Shown here: positions 21,427-31,905 of the stretch, piece by piece
How positions within the stretch are numbered: position 1 is the first letter of the stretch
Layout of the letters: each line of letters begins with the position of its first letter
Virus record (IMG/VR): IMGVR_UViG_3300042534_000747
DNA: 64,000 nucleotides
Strand: one strand, 5' to 3'
DNA from: a virus
Notes under the pieces: model-generated
Seen by the model: only the letters and a program-made list of their open reading frames with translations
Database searches by the model: none
Told to the model about the DNA's origin: nothing
Translations under genes and position numbers: made by a program

Positions 21427-21503
21427 AAAATCACTTTACTAATATTTGCAATACAACTGTATGCATTAATGATATAAAAAAGTATTTAAAAAAAAAATTA
21501 ACA

Positions 21504-22208
21504 TCACATATGATGCCAATTTTCTGAATTACTCATGTAAAATTTTTTATTAAATTCACCAATTTTCTCACTGTAATATAAATCATCATCTAATTGTGAA
21601 GAATCAAATAAATCTTTATCATTTCTGATAGTATCTCCATATTCTTCACCTTTAAACCTGCTCACTCTATGCATATCAGCTTCAAATCTATCCTCTACGC
21701 TTATATTTTTGATAGAGCCATCTAATCTACCCTTATGTGTTTTGACTTGATTGAGAGCATTCTGATAAGATGTGTGAAGGGTAGTTTGACCTATATTGAT
21801 TCCTTTGAATTTTGGTCTATATTTAATAGAATTTCCAATTTTATATTTATGAATTTCATAACCATTTGGTAAACCTTTAAATAAAACGGATTGAGTTGAA
21901 TTTTTTGGTGGTAATTGAAAACCTTTTGCATCAACACCTAACCAATCAATAGTTGAACTATTATCATTAGGATTAATTAATGCAGTATTACCTCTAACAA
22001 GATTTCTTTTTAATGTTCTTGATTTATCACGTTTTTGGTCTTGAAATGGTCTTTTTTCAAATTCATTTAAATATTCTTCTTTAGAAATTTCTTTTTTATT
22101 TACTGTTATAATTCTATCATGTGCTTTAACAGTAATTACTTTACCATTTTTCCGATATGTATTTTTCGGAATATGAATTTTCTTTTGGATTTTAACAATT
22201 TTACTCAT
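21504..22208 (-). CDS. basic protein with N-terminal IP...R......VK.H.R motif
   Basis: IHIPKNTYRKNGKVITVKAHDR; the motif recurs in 24784..25347. Confidence 0.6.
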   Translation of the reverse strand: MSKIVKIQKKIHIPKNTYRKNGKVITVKAHDRIITVNKKEISKEEYLNEFEKRPFQDQKRDKSRTLKRNLVRGNTALINPNDNSSTIDWLGVDAKGFQLPPKNSTQSVLFKGLPNGYEIHKYKIGNSIKYRPKFKGINIGQTTLHTSYQNALNQVKTHKGRLDGSIKNISVEDRFEADMHRVSRFKGEEYGDTIRNDKDLFDSSQLDDDLYYSEKIGEFNKKFYMSNSENWHHM

Positions 22209-22385
22209 AAATATTTAATCACATCCCATTTTTTATAATTCTTATAGCTTCATCTACTTCTTCTACTCTTTTAGTGCTACCGCCCAATTTATTAGCTCTA
22301 CCAGTGATTATATGGTTTCTGTAATTATCTAAAAGATTGAATAGTCTTGTTTTATCTGATTTGAATTCTTTAGTTGTCATATTTT

Positions 22386-22634
22386 TTATCTCCTACATAC
22401 AAAAATATTGTAACCTTTTGCACATGGAACTACTCTTGCAAGATTGCCTTTTGCTCTTTCTTTATCAGCTATTTCATTAGCAACATTCTTTTTTCTTGAA
22501 AAATCAAGTAGTCCAAATGTTTTATTACCAAATTTACGTTTATTATTGGTATAACTATATTGTTGTTCATATGGTTGGTCTGAAAGCGTTCTAGCATCAA
22601 TTCTTTTTAGTTTTTTATTGTCTTTTCGTGTCAT
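22386..22634 (-). CDS. small basic protein, close paralog of 28133..28381
   Basis: Shared IDARTLSDQP.EQQYSYTNNKRKFG and KGNLARVVPC. Confidence 0.8.
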   Translation of the reverse strand: MTRKDNKKLKRIDARTLSDQPYEQQYSYTNNKRKFGNKTFGLLDFSRKKNVANEIADKERAKGNLARVVPCAKGYNIFVCRR

Positions 22635-22903
22635 TATTATTCTCTTTTTTATATATATTTATAATATTGTAGTAATTTAATTAATTTTATTAAAACATAA
22701 ATTAATACAAATATTGTTATTCCTAGTCTAAACCAATCTATTATTTTATCTATATCTAGCATTATTTTATTATATCCTGCAAAATTATATTTGTTTTTTT
22801 ACTATATAAGCATTTTTAAAAAAGATGTTAATTAAATTAATATATAAAAAGAGTAGAGAAAATATTTATGAAAATTAAAAAATAATAGATTAATATCTAT
22901 TAT

Positions 22904-24679
22904 TTAATTTTTCTTTTTATTGCCTTGATTTTGATTTTCATTGTAAACAATTAAAAGTAATCCGGCAATTATCATTCCATACATTGTTTGTGCTGTTGAA
23001 TTCATATTTAATATATTTTCAAACAATAAAGCTAAAAATTTATTATCATCATCTTCTTTTACATTTTCATTAGTAATTGGTGTATTTTCTTCTACATAAT
23101 CATTTAAATCATCATACACTTTAACTATTTCTGGATTTGCTTCTACAACTGCATCTACTTCTGCTTCTGCTTCTGCTTCTGCTTCTGCTTCAGGTTCAGT
23201 GGGGGTTGTTCCTGCACCAGATTTACTTGCTTCAATTGTATTACCGTATGCACCTATATTGATTCTACCACCGTTGTTGTCAGGTTCATATTCAAAATTT
23301 GAAAGAGGATTACCTGCATCAATTAATGGAGAAATTGTTTCTGAAATTACCCATGAATTTCCATTCCAACTTCCATATGTTGATTTTAAGTGGAAATCTG
23401 CTTTTGCTGAATCATAAGATGGATATACAAATTCAGGGTCTAAATTAGTATTATGTGTTCCCCATACAATATTTGAATTGCCATCAGTTGCATCCATACC
23501 ACCATACCAATTGTTGTAATCAGCATATACAATATGTTTAGGAGAATTGACAATGCTATAATATTTAATCATTTCATAATTAGTATCTGTATTTTTACAA
23601 ATATTATTGTTAAAGTAAATTTTCATATCCCAATTTGTATCATCATGGTATGGATATGGTGAATAAATACTAAGGATACCACCCTGAAATACACCAAAAA
23701 TTACATTGTTTTCAATGACAACATTTGTAAATCCTGATACTGAAATAGCACCTTGTAGGTCAGATGTTCCATCATGGTTTACATCATAGAATACATTATT
23801 TAGAACATATATATTCTTTGCAGAATTTGAAGATGTTATATGTTTACTATCATATATTGCACCACAAATATAAACTGCTGAATCACATATATTATGGAAT
23901 TCATTATCTTTTATAAGTATGTTGTATGTTGGATAATAATCTACCCATCCTTTAATGTATACTGTTCCGTATCCACTAATTGCATTACCTGCACCCCATA
24001 TTTCATTATTCAAAATGTTTACATCATGTGATAATTCAATTCTAAATGCTGTATTTACCCAATGGTCACCACGATTATTAGTAATATCCATATTATTACA
24101 TTTGTTTAACCAAACATTTTCGTGACCTGATTCAAAGAATTCACAATTATTTACAAGTCCATTACTGCAAGATTCAAAATATACAAAATCCATTGCATTT
24201 TCATGTAAATACATATCTTCTACAACTACATTATCACAATTTACGAATTGGAACATTCTGTATAAATACATACCTCTAACCAATTCATCATTGTTAGCAT
24301 AGTTTCCATCAACTTCAAAGCCATGAACATATAAATCATCATAACCATTAGCATTGAACATTGTTTTATATGCTCCCCATAATGCATTATTTTTTAATTT
24401 AACAATTGCATTTGAGTCACCTGTTAATTCAGTACCTCTCATACTAAATCTTATAGTATCGCCTATAACATATGTTCCACTTTTTAAGTATACTGTTCCA
24501 TCAACACCTGCTGCACTAATAGCTTGATTGATTTGAACTTCATCATTTGTTCCATCACAATTATACGTTCCACTGCCATCTCTTGCAACTGTAACTGTTG
24601 AAGCAGATGCCATAGACATTGAAAACAATAAAATCAATGTAACTATCAATATTTTTATATTTTTCATTTTTTTAACCAT
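22904..24679 (-). CDS. secreted right-handed parallel beta-helix protein (Methanosarcinales disaggregatase-related type)
   Basis: Signal peptide; TVTVARDGSGTYNCDGTNDEVQINQAI; DFHLKS...SPLIDAG...EP..NGGRINIGAYGNT; C-terminal TM anchor. Confidence 0.8.
   Translation of the reverse strand: MVKKMKNIKILIVTLILLFSMSMASASTVTVARDGSGTYNCDGTNDEVQINQAISAAGVDGTVYLKSGTYVIGDTIRFSMRGTELTGDSNAIVKLKNNALWGAYKTMFNANGYDDLYVHGFEVDGNYANNDELVRGMYLYRMFQFVNCDNVVVEDMYLHENAMDFVYFESCSNGLVNNCEFFESGHENVWLNKCNNMDITNNRGDHWVNTAFRIELSHDVNILNNEIWGAGNAISGYGTVYIKGWVDYYPTYNILIKDNEFHNICDSAVYICGAIYDSKHITSSNSAKNIYVLNNVFYDVNHDGTSDLQGAISVSGFTNVVIENNVIFGVFQGGILSIYSPYPYHDDTNWDMKIYFNNNICKNTDTNYEMIKYYSIVNSPKHIVYADYNNWYGGMDATDGNSNIVWGTHNTNLDPEFVYPSYDSAKADFHLKSTYGSWNGNSWVISETISPLIDAGNPLSNFEYEPDNNGGRINIGAYGNTIEASKSGAGTTPTEPEAEAEAEAEAEVDAVVEANPEIVKVYDDLNDYVEENTPITNENVKEDDDNKFLALLFENILNMNSTAQTMYGMIIAGLLLIVYNENQNQGNKKKN
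23158..23193. repeat. (CTTCTG)5+1 hexamer repeat encoding an EAEAEAEAEAE linker
   Basis: Seen directly. Confidence 0.9.
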
Positions 24680-24783
24680 TTTAACATAATTTATATAATT
24701 AGAATGTAATATAAGTTATGAGTATATAAAGGTTATGACATTAGAAAAATTATGATAATACACTATAAATATATATATTATGA

Positions 24784-25347
24784 ATGAATAATTTTATTAT
24801 GAATAAAATATATATTCCTGAATCAATCAGGATTCAAAATAATGATAAAATAATAGTAAAAGAACATATGCGTTCAACTGATTCATTATCAATTGTGTAT
24901 CATCTCACTAACCAATATCCTTTTTATCCAGATGGATATTTTATTAATAATCAACAAGAATTTGGTACTGGATTGTATGTTACTAATAAAGAAAGTGTGA
25001 AAAAATGGGATTGGGGATTAAGTGGTAGAAAATATATAGTTATTATTGAATTAATGAATGTCAATATAATTAATGAAAAAGATTTTCCTAGTAATATGAA
25101 TATGGTTCAATTTTTAAAATCAATTGGATTTTCAAGTAATGATTTAAAAGAATTTATCCCAAATGGTGATACATTTAATAGAAATCCTATTGATATTGCA
25201 ACTAAAAGAGCATGGATGTATTATAAAAATATTGATGTTATAATACCTTTTAAAGATGCAAAAGAAGGCGAACAAATGATAATTACAAATTTAGAAAAAA
25301 TAAAAATTGTAAATCAAATGCCTATTCAGGAATTTTATAATCTTTAA
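24784..25347 (+). CDS. ADP-ribosyltransferase-fold protein (ART-PolyVal/DUF3990-like)
   Basis: VYHLT...EFGTGLYVT...W...DVII...EQMII...KIK motif order. Confidence 0.5.
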   Translation: MNNFIMNKIYIPESIRIQNNDKIIVKEHMRSTDSLSIVYHLTNQYPFYPDGYFINNQQEFGTGLYVTNKESVKKWDWGLSGRKYIVIIELMNVNIINEKDFPSNMNMVQFLKSIGFSSNDLKEFIPNGDTFNRNPIDIATKRAWMYYKNIDVIIPFKDAKEGEQMIITNLEKIKIVNQMPIQEFYNL

Positions 25348-25380
25348 TTAATTTATTATAAAAAAAGGAGGATGATTAAA

Positions 25381-26094
25381 TCATCTCCTATTAAGTATAT
25401 AATCCATTTCTTTGTTAATTAGATATTCACGAAGTGCCTGATGTTTTACAGGATTCTTGAATGTAAATCTCATTAATCCAGTTGATGTTACTTTAATTTC
25501 AAGTTCAGGATTTTCTTTGTTTATCCTAGATTCAAATTGCTTAACAGATTCACCATATTGCATGTAAACAGGTACAAATACTGTATTGGTAATCATCATA
25601 AATAAATCTTCAATGTTTCTTTGAGATTTATATGAATGTACATCAAGACCTACATGAATAGGTATGTTTTTTTCTGTCTTTTTGAGCATTATTTGTCTAA
25701 GTACTTCAGGTGGTTGAGTATTTCTAAAAGAACGTGAATCTTTATTTATTTTTTTAGCTTCAGAATCAAACACTACATTAGATAGTGAAATATAATTCTG
25801 ACCTAGTTTCTGTTCAAATGAATTTGTAACATATTTGCTCAATATTTTCTTTGCTTCTGCATATGAATTTACATTATAATGAAGTGCATGATTATCTTCA
25901 TTTGTCATATGTAGACTACCAATTTCTATATCATGGTTGTCTCTTGAAAATTTGCTTATAAATCTTTCACGAACACTATGCACTATTTTACCAACATCTG
26001 CATAAGCATTATATTCTTTTATTAATTTAGTTAAATCATTTTCAAATTTTGCTATTGAGATTTGTTCAATTTCCATATAAATCACTTTCTCCAT
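25381..26094 (-). CDS. hypothetical protein, tandem paralog of 26082..26801
   Basis: Shared R..FI...S..NH, ESEAKKI / DSEAKKI and SFRNTQP. Confidence 0.75.
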   Translation of the reverse strand: MEKVIYMEIEQISIAKFENDLTKLIKEYNAYADVGKIVHSVRERFISKFSRDNHDIEIGSLHMTNEDNHALHYNVNSYAEAKKILSKYVTNSFEQKLGQNYISLSNVVFDSEAKKINKDSRSFRNTQPPEVLRQIMLKKTEKNIPIHVGLDVHSYKSQRNIEDLFMMITNTVFVPVYMQYGESVKQFESRINKENPELEIKVTSTGLMRFTFKNPVKHQALREYLINKEMDYILNRR

Positions 26095-26801
26095 CCTTCA
26101 ATTAACTTCATTTCTTTATCAATGAAATACCTTCTAACATCTTCATATTTTGCAGGATTATTTATAAATAATCTCATGTTTCCATTTTTAAATGGTTTAA
26201 TATTTAATTCAGGATTTGTACTATTGATTCTTTTTTCATAATTTGCAATTGATTCATCATACCCTTTTCTAAAATCAATTTTAATATCACAAATTATTGA
26301 AATGATATTATTTAAATCATCAACAGTTTGACCTCTGAAATCATATACTCCTAATGTAACATATTTTTCAGTTTTCTTATACAATAAATTGTAAATGGTT
26401 TCAATGGGTTGAGTATTTCTAAAACTGTAACCTGTATAAACTTTATTGTTTGTCATTTCTGCAATTTTCTTTGCTTCAGATTCATAATAAACATCTGTAT
26501 TAAGATGCACTCTCATTTGGCTTAATTTTACATCACTTGAATTTTTTACATATTTATCAAGAATGGTTTTTAATTCTGAGTAAGAATCTGCATAAAAAAT
26601 CTTTTTCTTATCATCTGCATTAATTTGCAATCTATCAACATCTACATTGTGATTTTGAGCTGAATATTCACGAATGAATTTATTTCTGATGGATTCTCTT
26701 GCTTCACCAGTACTTAAATTAATTGAATATTTAGATTCAATTGCCTTTATTTCATCAATACATTTATTAATTGATATATTTTTTAATTCCATTATTTTCA
26801 A
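26082..26801 (-). CDS. hypothetical protein, tandem paralog of 25381..26094
   Basis: Same shared motifs as the adjacent paralog. Confidence 0.75.
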   Translation of the reverse strand: MKIMELKNISINKCIDEIKAIESKYSINLSTGEARESIRNKFIREYSAQNHNVDVDRLQINADDKKKIFYADSYSELKTILDKYVKNSSDVKLSQMRVHLNTDVYYESEAKKIAEMTNNKVYTGYSFRNTQPIETIYNLLYKKTEKYVTLGVYDFRGQTVDDLNNIISIICDIKIDFRKGYDESIANYEKRINSTNPELNIKPFKNGNMRLFINNPAKYEDVRRYFIDKEMKLIEGWRK

Positions 26802-26882
26802 CCCTTTTAGTAAAGGATGGCACTAATGGTATATAAATGTTTTTAAAATTACGGTTAATTAAAAAAGAAAAAAGAAAATTAT

Positions 26883-27314
26883 TTAGTAAGATTCAGTGTT
26901 ATATAGTAAAATATCAAATTGTTCATTACCTAAAAGACGTTTCAAATCTTTTTCTGATTTCACACATGCTTTATAGATTTTTTCAACTTTTTTATTTTTT
27001 ACATATCTACCATAATCATCTTCATCATATTCTTCATATCCAAATTCACGGCAAAATTCTGAAAATGACATATCAGATGAATTTGCATCTGATGCTAAAG
27101 ATGATAACATTTCACATACATTAGGTTTTCTACCATTATGACCATAACCCATACTGTAATGAACTGTTAATTGTGTATTTCTTTTTCCACATACCAATAC
27201 ACATTTCCAATGGTCTGCATCTTTCCAATCAGTATTATTTGGATTCTGTCTAGTACGTTCACATGATTGTATACGTATTTTGTTGTTTTTTACAAATTGT
27301 TCTATTGATAACAT
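26883..27314 (-). CDS. conserved phage-type hypothetical protein
   Basis: DHWKCVL...YSMGYGH...LSSLASDA...SFSEFCREFGY. Confidence 0.65.
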   Translation of the reverse strand: MLSIEQFVKNNKIRIQSCERTRQNPNNTDWKDADHWKCVLVCGKRNTQLTVHYSMGYGHNGRKPNVCEMLSSLASDANSSDMSFSEFCREFGYEEYDEDDYGRYVKNKKVEKIYKACVKSEKDLKRLLGNEQFDILLYNTESY

Positions 27315-27342
27315 TTTATCACTACTATAAATATAGTATGGA

Positions 27343-27383
27343 AGTATATAAAGTTTTTTTAGAATTAGTGGGAGTTAAAAAAG
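27343..27383. repeat. conserved terminator/promoter junction, copy 1 of 3
   Basis: agtatataaag-ttttagaattagtgggagttaaaaaagaa; also at 28425-28467 and 63792-63833. Confidence 0.85.
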
Positions 27384-27544
27384 AAAAAGGGAAGGGAATT
27401 AATTTGTAGCTTCATCATGCCATTTTTGAACATCTTTTGCATGGTCTACTGGCACTTTATTAAGAACTACTGATTTCATATATGATATATCTTTAATATC
27501 AAAATTAATTTTAGTATTTGCCATTATTTTTACCAATTATAAAA

Positions 27545-28126
27545 TTACCATTTGAATTTTTTATTTAACTTTCTAGCATTTTCAACAGTCATTGATACAG
27601 AAATTGTACCTATATAATCAGGAATTGGATTACTTATTTTATATGGTATTTTCGATTTTTTCAAAATATTTAATTCTTCATTATTTAAAAATACAATTGC
27701 TTCTTGTTTTGGATAAAAATGTCCATCCATTGCATATATCTTATTTCCATCTATCCTAGTTTCATTTCCTTTTTTATAATAACTTTTCATAAATCCTAAT
27801 AAAATATCATACATTTTTTCAGGATAATGACGATATTGAAGTATTTCATCTGCTTTTTCATCAGTTGTTACACCAAATATACTAAACTTATTTATTATTG
27901 AACTACGTTGATTTGCTAATGAATGACCTGTATAGTTCTTATATGTAAATGGTGTTTCATACGTTTCACGCACATAAACATCATAATATCCATCTTTTTT
28001 CTTAATTGTTCTTACTTTGCAACCAATAAATTTATGATATTCTTTAATTTTATCTGCACCTATTTTATTTACTGAACTATCACTTGAAACTAAACTATAT
28101 TCTTCATCGTTAAATTTTTTCCACAT
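27545..28126 (-). CDS. hypothetical protein with N-terminal small basic family domain
   Basis: MWKKFNDEEYSL...GCKVRTIKKKDGYYDVYVR. Confidence 0.65.
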   Translation of the reverse strand: MWKKFNDEEYSLVSSDSSVNKIGADKIKEYHKFIGCKVRTIKKKDGYYDVYVRETYETPFTYKNYTGHSLANQRSSIINKFSIFGVTTDEKADEILQYRHYPEKMYDILLGFMKSYYKKGNETRIDGNKIYAMDGHFYPKQEAIVFLNNEELNILKKSKIPYKISNPIPDYIGTISVSMTVENARKLNKKFKW

Positions 28127-28132
28127 TTTAAA

Positions 28133-28381
28133 TCACTCCCTGCATACGAAAACATTATATCCATTTTTGCAAGGAACTACTCTTGCAAGATTACCCTTTG
28201 CTTTTTGTTCATCTCTGATACCCATAGCAACATGCTTCTTTCTTGATGTGTCAAAGAGTCCATATACTTTTCCACCGAACTTACGTTTGTTATTTGTATA
28301 ACTGTACTGTTGTTCGTGTGGTTGGTCTGAAAGCGTTCTAGCATCAATCTTCTTTAATTTTTTATTATCTTTCCCTGTCAT
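28133..28381 (-). CDS. small basic protein, close paralog of 22386..22634
   Basis: Same shared motifs as 22386..22634. Confidence 0.8.
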   Translation of the reverse strand: MTGKDNKKLKKIDARTLSDQPHEQQYSYTNNKRKFGGKVYGLFDTSRKKHVAMGIRDEQKAKGNLARVVPCKNGYNVFVCRE

Positions 28382-28424
28382 TATTTCACCTTATTTATAT
28401 TAAAGTAAATTTATATTGTTTTAG

Positions 28425-28467
28425 AAGTATATAAAGATTTTTAGGATTAGTGAGGGTTAAAAAAGAA
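28425..28467. repeat. conserved terminator/promoter junction, copy 2
   Basis: agtatataaagatttttaggattagtgagggttaaaaaagaa. Confidence 0.75.
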
Positions 28468-28479
28468 AAAAGGAAAGAA

Positions 28480-30087
28480 TTATTCTTCTACAAAATACAA
28501 ATTTTCTAATGGTCTTGTATATGCAACATAACGAATATTCTGTTCCTGTTGTAATTCCCAATCCTTTTTAGCATAGAGAGATGGCATTAAGTGAGGATAA
28601 AGGATGAATACATTCTTTGCTTCAAGTCCTTTTGCTCTATGAACTGTTGACAATAGTACTTCTACATCATTATTTTCAGAGAAAATGTTTTGGATATGTT
28701 TAATGAGGACATTTACGCTATCTGATTCAATCATTTCAATTAAAGTAAAGATACATTCACATTTGTCAATTAGGGCATTAGGGTTGAGATTTTTAGCCTT
28801 GTAACGTTCTTCCTCTTCATCTAACCAATCTGATATAAGATTACCCAAATCATCATTTGAAGTAGTTTTAAATTCCTTGATGAATTTAACTAATTCAGCA
28901 CCTATATCTCTACCATTAATAGTTGCTTTAATTCCATTTGAAATTAATGTGAAACATGGCTTTATAAGTGGTGCATTATTTCTACAAAGAACTAAATCAC
29001 CTGATTGAACATAATCACTAAATGCAGTGTAATTTATAGTTTCAACTTTACCATCAATTGCATTTTCAGCAGCTTCAATATGTGGAACTAATGTTTGAGC
29101 AAGTTTTACTACATTTTTAGGGCATCTGTATGTGATTGACAATGGTAATAATGTTGCATCCATTCTTGCAATGAAATTAGGAATTGAATCAACATCTGCT
29201 CCACGAAATCCATACAAACTTTGAAATTTATCACCCATTGCTATAATTCTACCATTTTCAGAAAGGCAATTAAGTACAAGCTCCATTTGTGTTTTATTGG
29301 CATCCTGTGCTTCATCAAAAAGAATGATATCATATTTTGGATAATTCATTTTCTTAGAATGTTTGACAGGAAGGTAAATCATATCATTATAATCAATTGT
29401 TTTTGTATTCATAAATGATTTTTTCAATGTGTTTTTTACGAAAGAGAAAACTATACTCTTATCAATAGATTCACCCATCATGATATCTGCTTTGTGTATG
29501 CTTAAAATTTCATCATCAGATAATTTTGGATTTTCCTTTTTCAATGATTCAAGAGCATCATCTAGTACATATTCAGGTAGTGTTATGTCGTGATGTTCCA
29601 TTAAATGATTAATATTTTCATTACTTGCTTCCATATTATTATTTTTCAAGAAACCAACTAATTTTATTGTAAAGCTGGATAATGAAGAAAACATATGTCT
29701 ACTAAGATTATAATCTTTTACAATTGCTGAAAATATTTGATATGATTTATCATTTTTCAAATCTACTTTAAAACCTGAACGAATTAAAACAGTTCTTCCT
29801 AAACTATGAGTTGTGCATACCTCAACATTCTTTAGTTTTTTTGATTTAATTTCATCAACAATACTATTATTGAATGCTATATAAATTACTTTTAATGAAC
29901 TAGGTATGAATTTTAATGCTTCCATTAAAGTTGTTGTTTTTCCTGAACCTGCTGTAGCTTCGATAACAGCATGTCCTTTACCATTTCTAATAAATTCAAA
30001 TATGTTTTCTTGATATATTGAAGGTGTGAATACCATTTTTTGATTACCATCCATGTTCTGAGTAATACAATAAATGGTTCTAATCAT
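28480..30087 (-). CDS. UvrD/Rep-like superfamily 1 helicase
   Basis: ATAGSGKTT, FDEAQD, GDKFQSLYGFRGAD, LSITYRCP, STVHRAKGLE, YVAYTRP; true start may be the ATG at 30036. Confidence 0.93.
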   Translation of the reverse strand: MIRTIYCITQNMDGNQKMVFTPSIYQENIFEFIRNGKGHAVIEATAGSGKTTTLMEALKFIPSSLKVIYIAFNNSIVDEIKSKKLKNVEVCTTHSLGRTVLIRSGFKVDLKNDKSYQIFSAIVKDYNLSRHMFSSLSSFTIKLVGFLKNNNMEASNENINHLMEHHDITLPEYVLDDALESLKKENPKLSDDEILSIHKADIMMGESIDKSIVFSFVKNTLKKSFMNTKTIDYNDMIYLPVKHSKKMNYPKYDIILFDEAQDANKTQMELVLNCLSENGRIIAMGDKFQSLYGFRGADVDSIPNFIARMDATLLPLSITYRCPKNVVKLAQTLVPHIEAAENAIDGKVETINYTAFSDYVQSGDLVLCRNNAPLIKPCFTLISNGIKATINGRDIGAELVKFIKEFKTTSNDDLGNLISDWLDEEEERYKAKNLNPNALIDKCECIFTLIEMIESDSVNVLIKHIQNIFSENNDVEVLLSTVHRAKGLEAKNVFILYPHLMPSLYAKKDWELQQEQNIRYVAYTRPLENLYFVEE

Positions 30088-30248
30088 ATATAAATGTTAC
30101 TTAAAAATAGAAAACATTAATTAGATAATTAACTGTTTGAAAAATGTAAAGTAGAAGTAATTACCACATAGCAATTACATCACTTTAATCCAATATGACG
30201 GTTGGAATTCATAGAATGGCACTTATACTATAAATAAGTATCTAAATA

Positions 30249-31661
30249 TTAGATATGAATGATATCATATCTTTCTGAATTTAATATATCAAGCATTAAA
30301 TCAATTGCTGATAGTCCACTTGTAATCTGACTGAATAAATTAGGACTGAAACCACTTACAAGCTGAACACCTGATTTATTAACTGCAACTGTTGGTTTAG
30401 TTCCATAATTTTCAACATTCCAGAATACAATTTCTGGTAAATTATAACCTTCTTCATTAAATTCTATTGAAATATCAGTAAATGTGCTATTTCCAGTGAT
30501 ATCTTCACAATCAAATTGCATATCACTAATTATATAGAGTTTTGAAGGCATTTCTGATTGCGGAACTCTATTATTAATTGCAACTTTTAATATTTTTCGT
30601 AATGCAAGTCTTAGGTCTGTATTATAGCCTACATTAGAATGTTCAATAAAATTCATTTTTTCATAAAGAGTATTTCCTCTTATTTGTATTAATAGAGGTA
30701 TATTACTAAATGACATGTAATGATTTGCAAAAACACCTTTATTACGTTCTGCATAATAGAGTGCAAGTGATACTGAAACGCTCATAGGTCTACCTGTCAT
30801 AGAAGATGAAACATCTGCCATTACAAGAGCATTTTCATTTTGTACATAATTTGGTAGTGCATTCCATAATGCTTCAAGTGTATTATCTTCTCTTGATATT
30901 TTATCATAAATTTCATATGGATAAAGTGTAGATGAATTTATTTTCATTTCACCATTTATAGCTTTCTTTATAAAGGCAGAATAACGTTCTTCATCATGCC
31001 TTTTGAATGCATTTCTATAATTCATTGATGCTTTTGATGGAACTGTTGAATAATCAATAGAATGCCAATTATTAAATGACATTTCAGTTTCAACGATTCC
31101 TATCTGTTTACGCAAGCTACTAATTGTTTTTCTATAATGAATTTCTGACATATTTAATTCATTAGCTAGATAATGTGCAAGTTTTCTTGTATTATATGAT
31201 GATGCATTGATTGTAGGCATCCATTTTGCAAGGAGTGAAGGGTTATCAGATATTAAATCAGAGGCAAGTTGATTTTTGATAATGTTAATCATTTCATCTT
31301 CAAGTGAAGTTCCAATTAAAATGAACAAATCATCCCATCTTCCATATTCTGCAATATGTGGTATTAAATATTTAACATCTTCAGGATAATTTATAGCAAG
31401 ATGATTGAAAATTGTTCTAAATAATTCTCTTTCACCCTGTCCTTCACGAACATCTCTTGAATAAAAAAGTGCCTTTAATGCAAGATTCTTATCTTCAAAA
31501 TAAGCTTTCATGAAAGTATTTATCTGAATAGATTTAGGTGTATTTCTCATAGCACCTGATGCAGAAAAGAAATCCAATACTACATTATTTGTTGATTTAA
31601 ATGCTTTATCTCCATTGAGAGTTTCAGTTTCATTAAAATGGTTTTTTAATTCGTTTAACAT
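30249..31661 (-). CDS. DUF2828 / TROVE-like vWA-domain protein
   Basis: TLNGDKAFKST, FYSRDVREGQGER, YGRWDDL, LLAKWMP, ADVSSSM (MIDAS), ISDMQFD, IVFWNV, VSGFSP. Confidence 0.85.
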   Translation of the reverse strand: MLNELKNHFNETETLNGDKAFKSTNNVVLDFFSASGAMRNTPKSIQINTFMKAYFEDKNLALKALFYSRDVREGQGERELFRTIFNHLAINYPEDVKYLIPHIAEYGRWDDLFILIGTSLEDEMINIIKNQLASDLISDNPSLLAKWMPTINASSYNTRKLAHYLANELNMSEIHYRKTISSLRKQIGIVETEMSFNNWHSIDYSTVPSKASMNYRNAFKRHDEERYSAFIKKAINGEMKINSSTLYPYEIYDKISREDNTLEALWNALPNYVQNENALVMADVSSSMTGRPMSVSVSLALYYAERNKGVFANHYMSFSNIPLLIQIRGNTLYEKMNFIEHSNVGYNTDLRLALRKILKVAINNRVPQSEMPSKLYIISDMQFDCEDITGNSTFTDISIEFNEEGYNLPEIVFWNVENYGTKPTVAVNKSGVQLVSGFSPNLFSQITSGLSAIDLMLDILNSERYDIIHI

Positions 31662-31787
31662 TAAAGGATTCTCCTATATACATTGATAATAGTTAAAATT
31701 TTATAGTGAGTTAGAAATAATCTATTAATAAACATGATTATTTCTAACTTTTATTTTTACACTGTTGTGTACATTTGATATATGTTC

Positions 31788-31905
31788 AAGATACATTTTA
31801 TCATTGTATTGAAATGATTTTGCTGTTAGTATCTTTATTTTTATTCTCGACACTTTGTTTTTCAAATAATCAGTTTGTTTTTTATTTGTTTGCTGTGAGT
31901 GCCGA
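31788..31905 (-). ncRNA. tandem structured leader motif (stem-ACAGCAAA-loop-stem) x2 upstream of the DUF2828 gene
   Basis: Copy A (31905-31847): UCGGCACU/AGUGUCGA. Copy B (31835-31788): AAGAUAC/GUAUCUU. Each 5' arm is followed by (U)NACAGCAAA. TATA at about 31929-31937. Confidence 0.6.

Noticed and set aside
22386-28381. MC1 chromosomal protein identity for the small basic paralogs
   Set aside because: They lack the MC1 motifs (RNFVLR, PRQAALKAA).
30120-30245. Possible tRNA or ncRNA between the helicase and DUF2828 genes
   Set aside because: Only a weak 6-bp inverted repeat (GTAATT/AATTAC); no cloverleaf.
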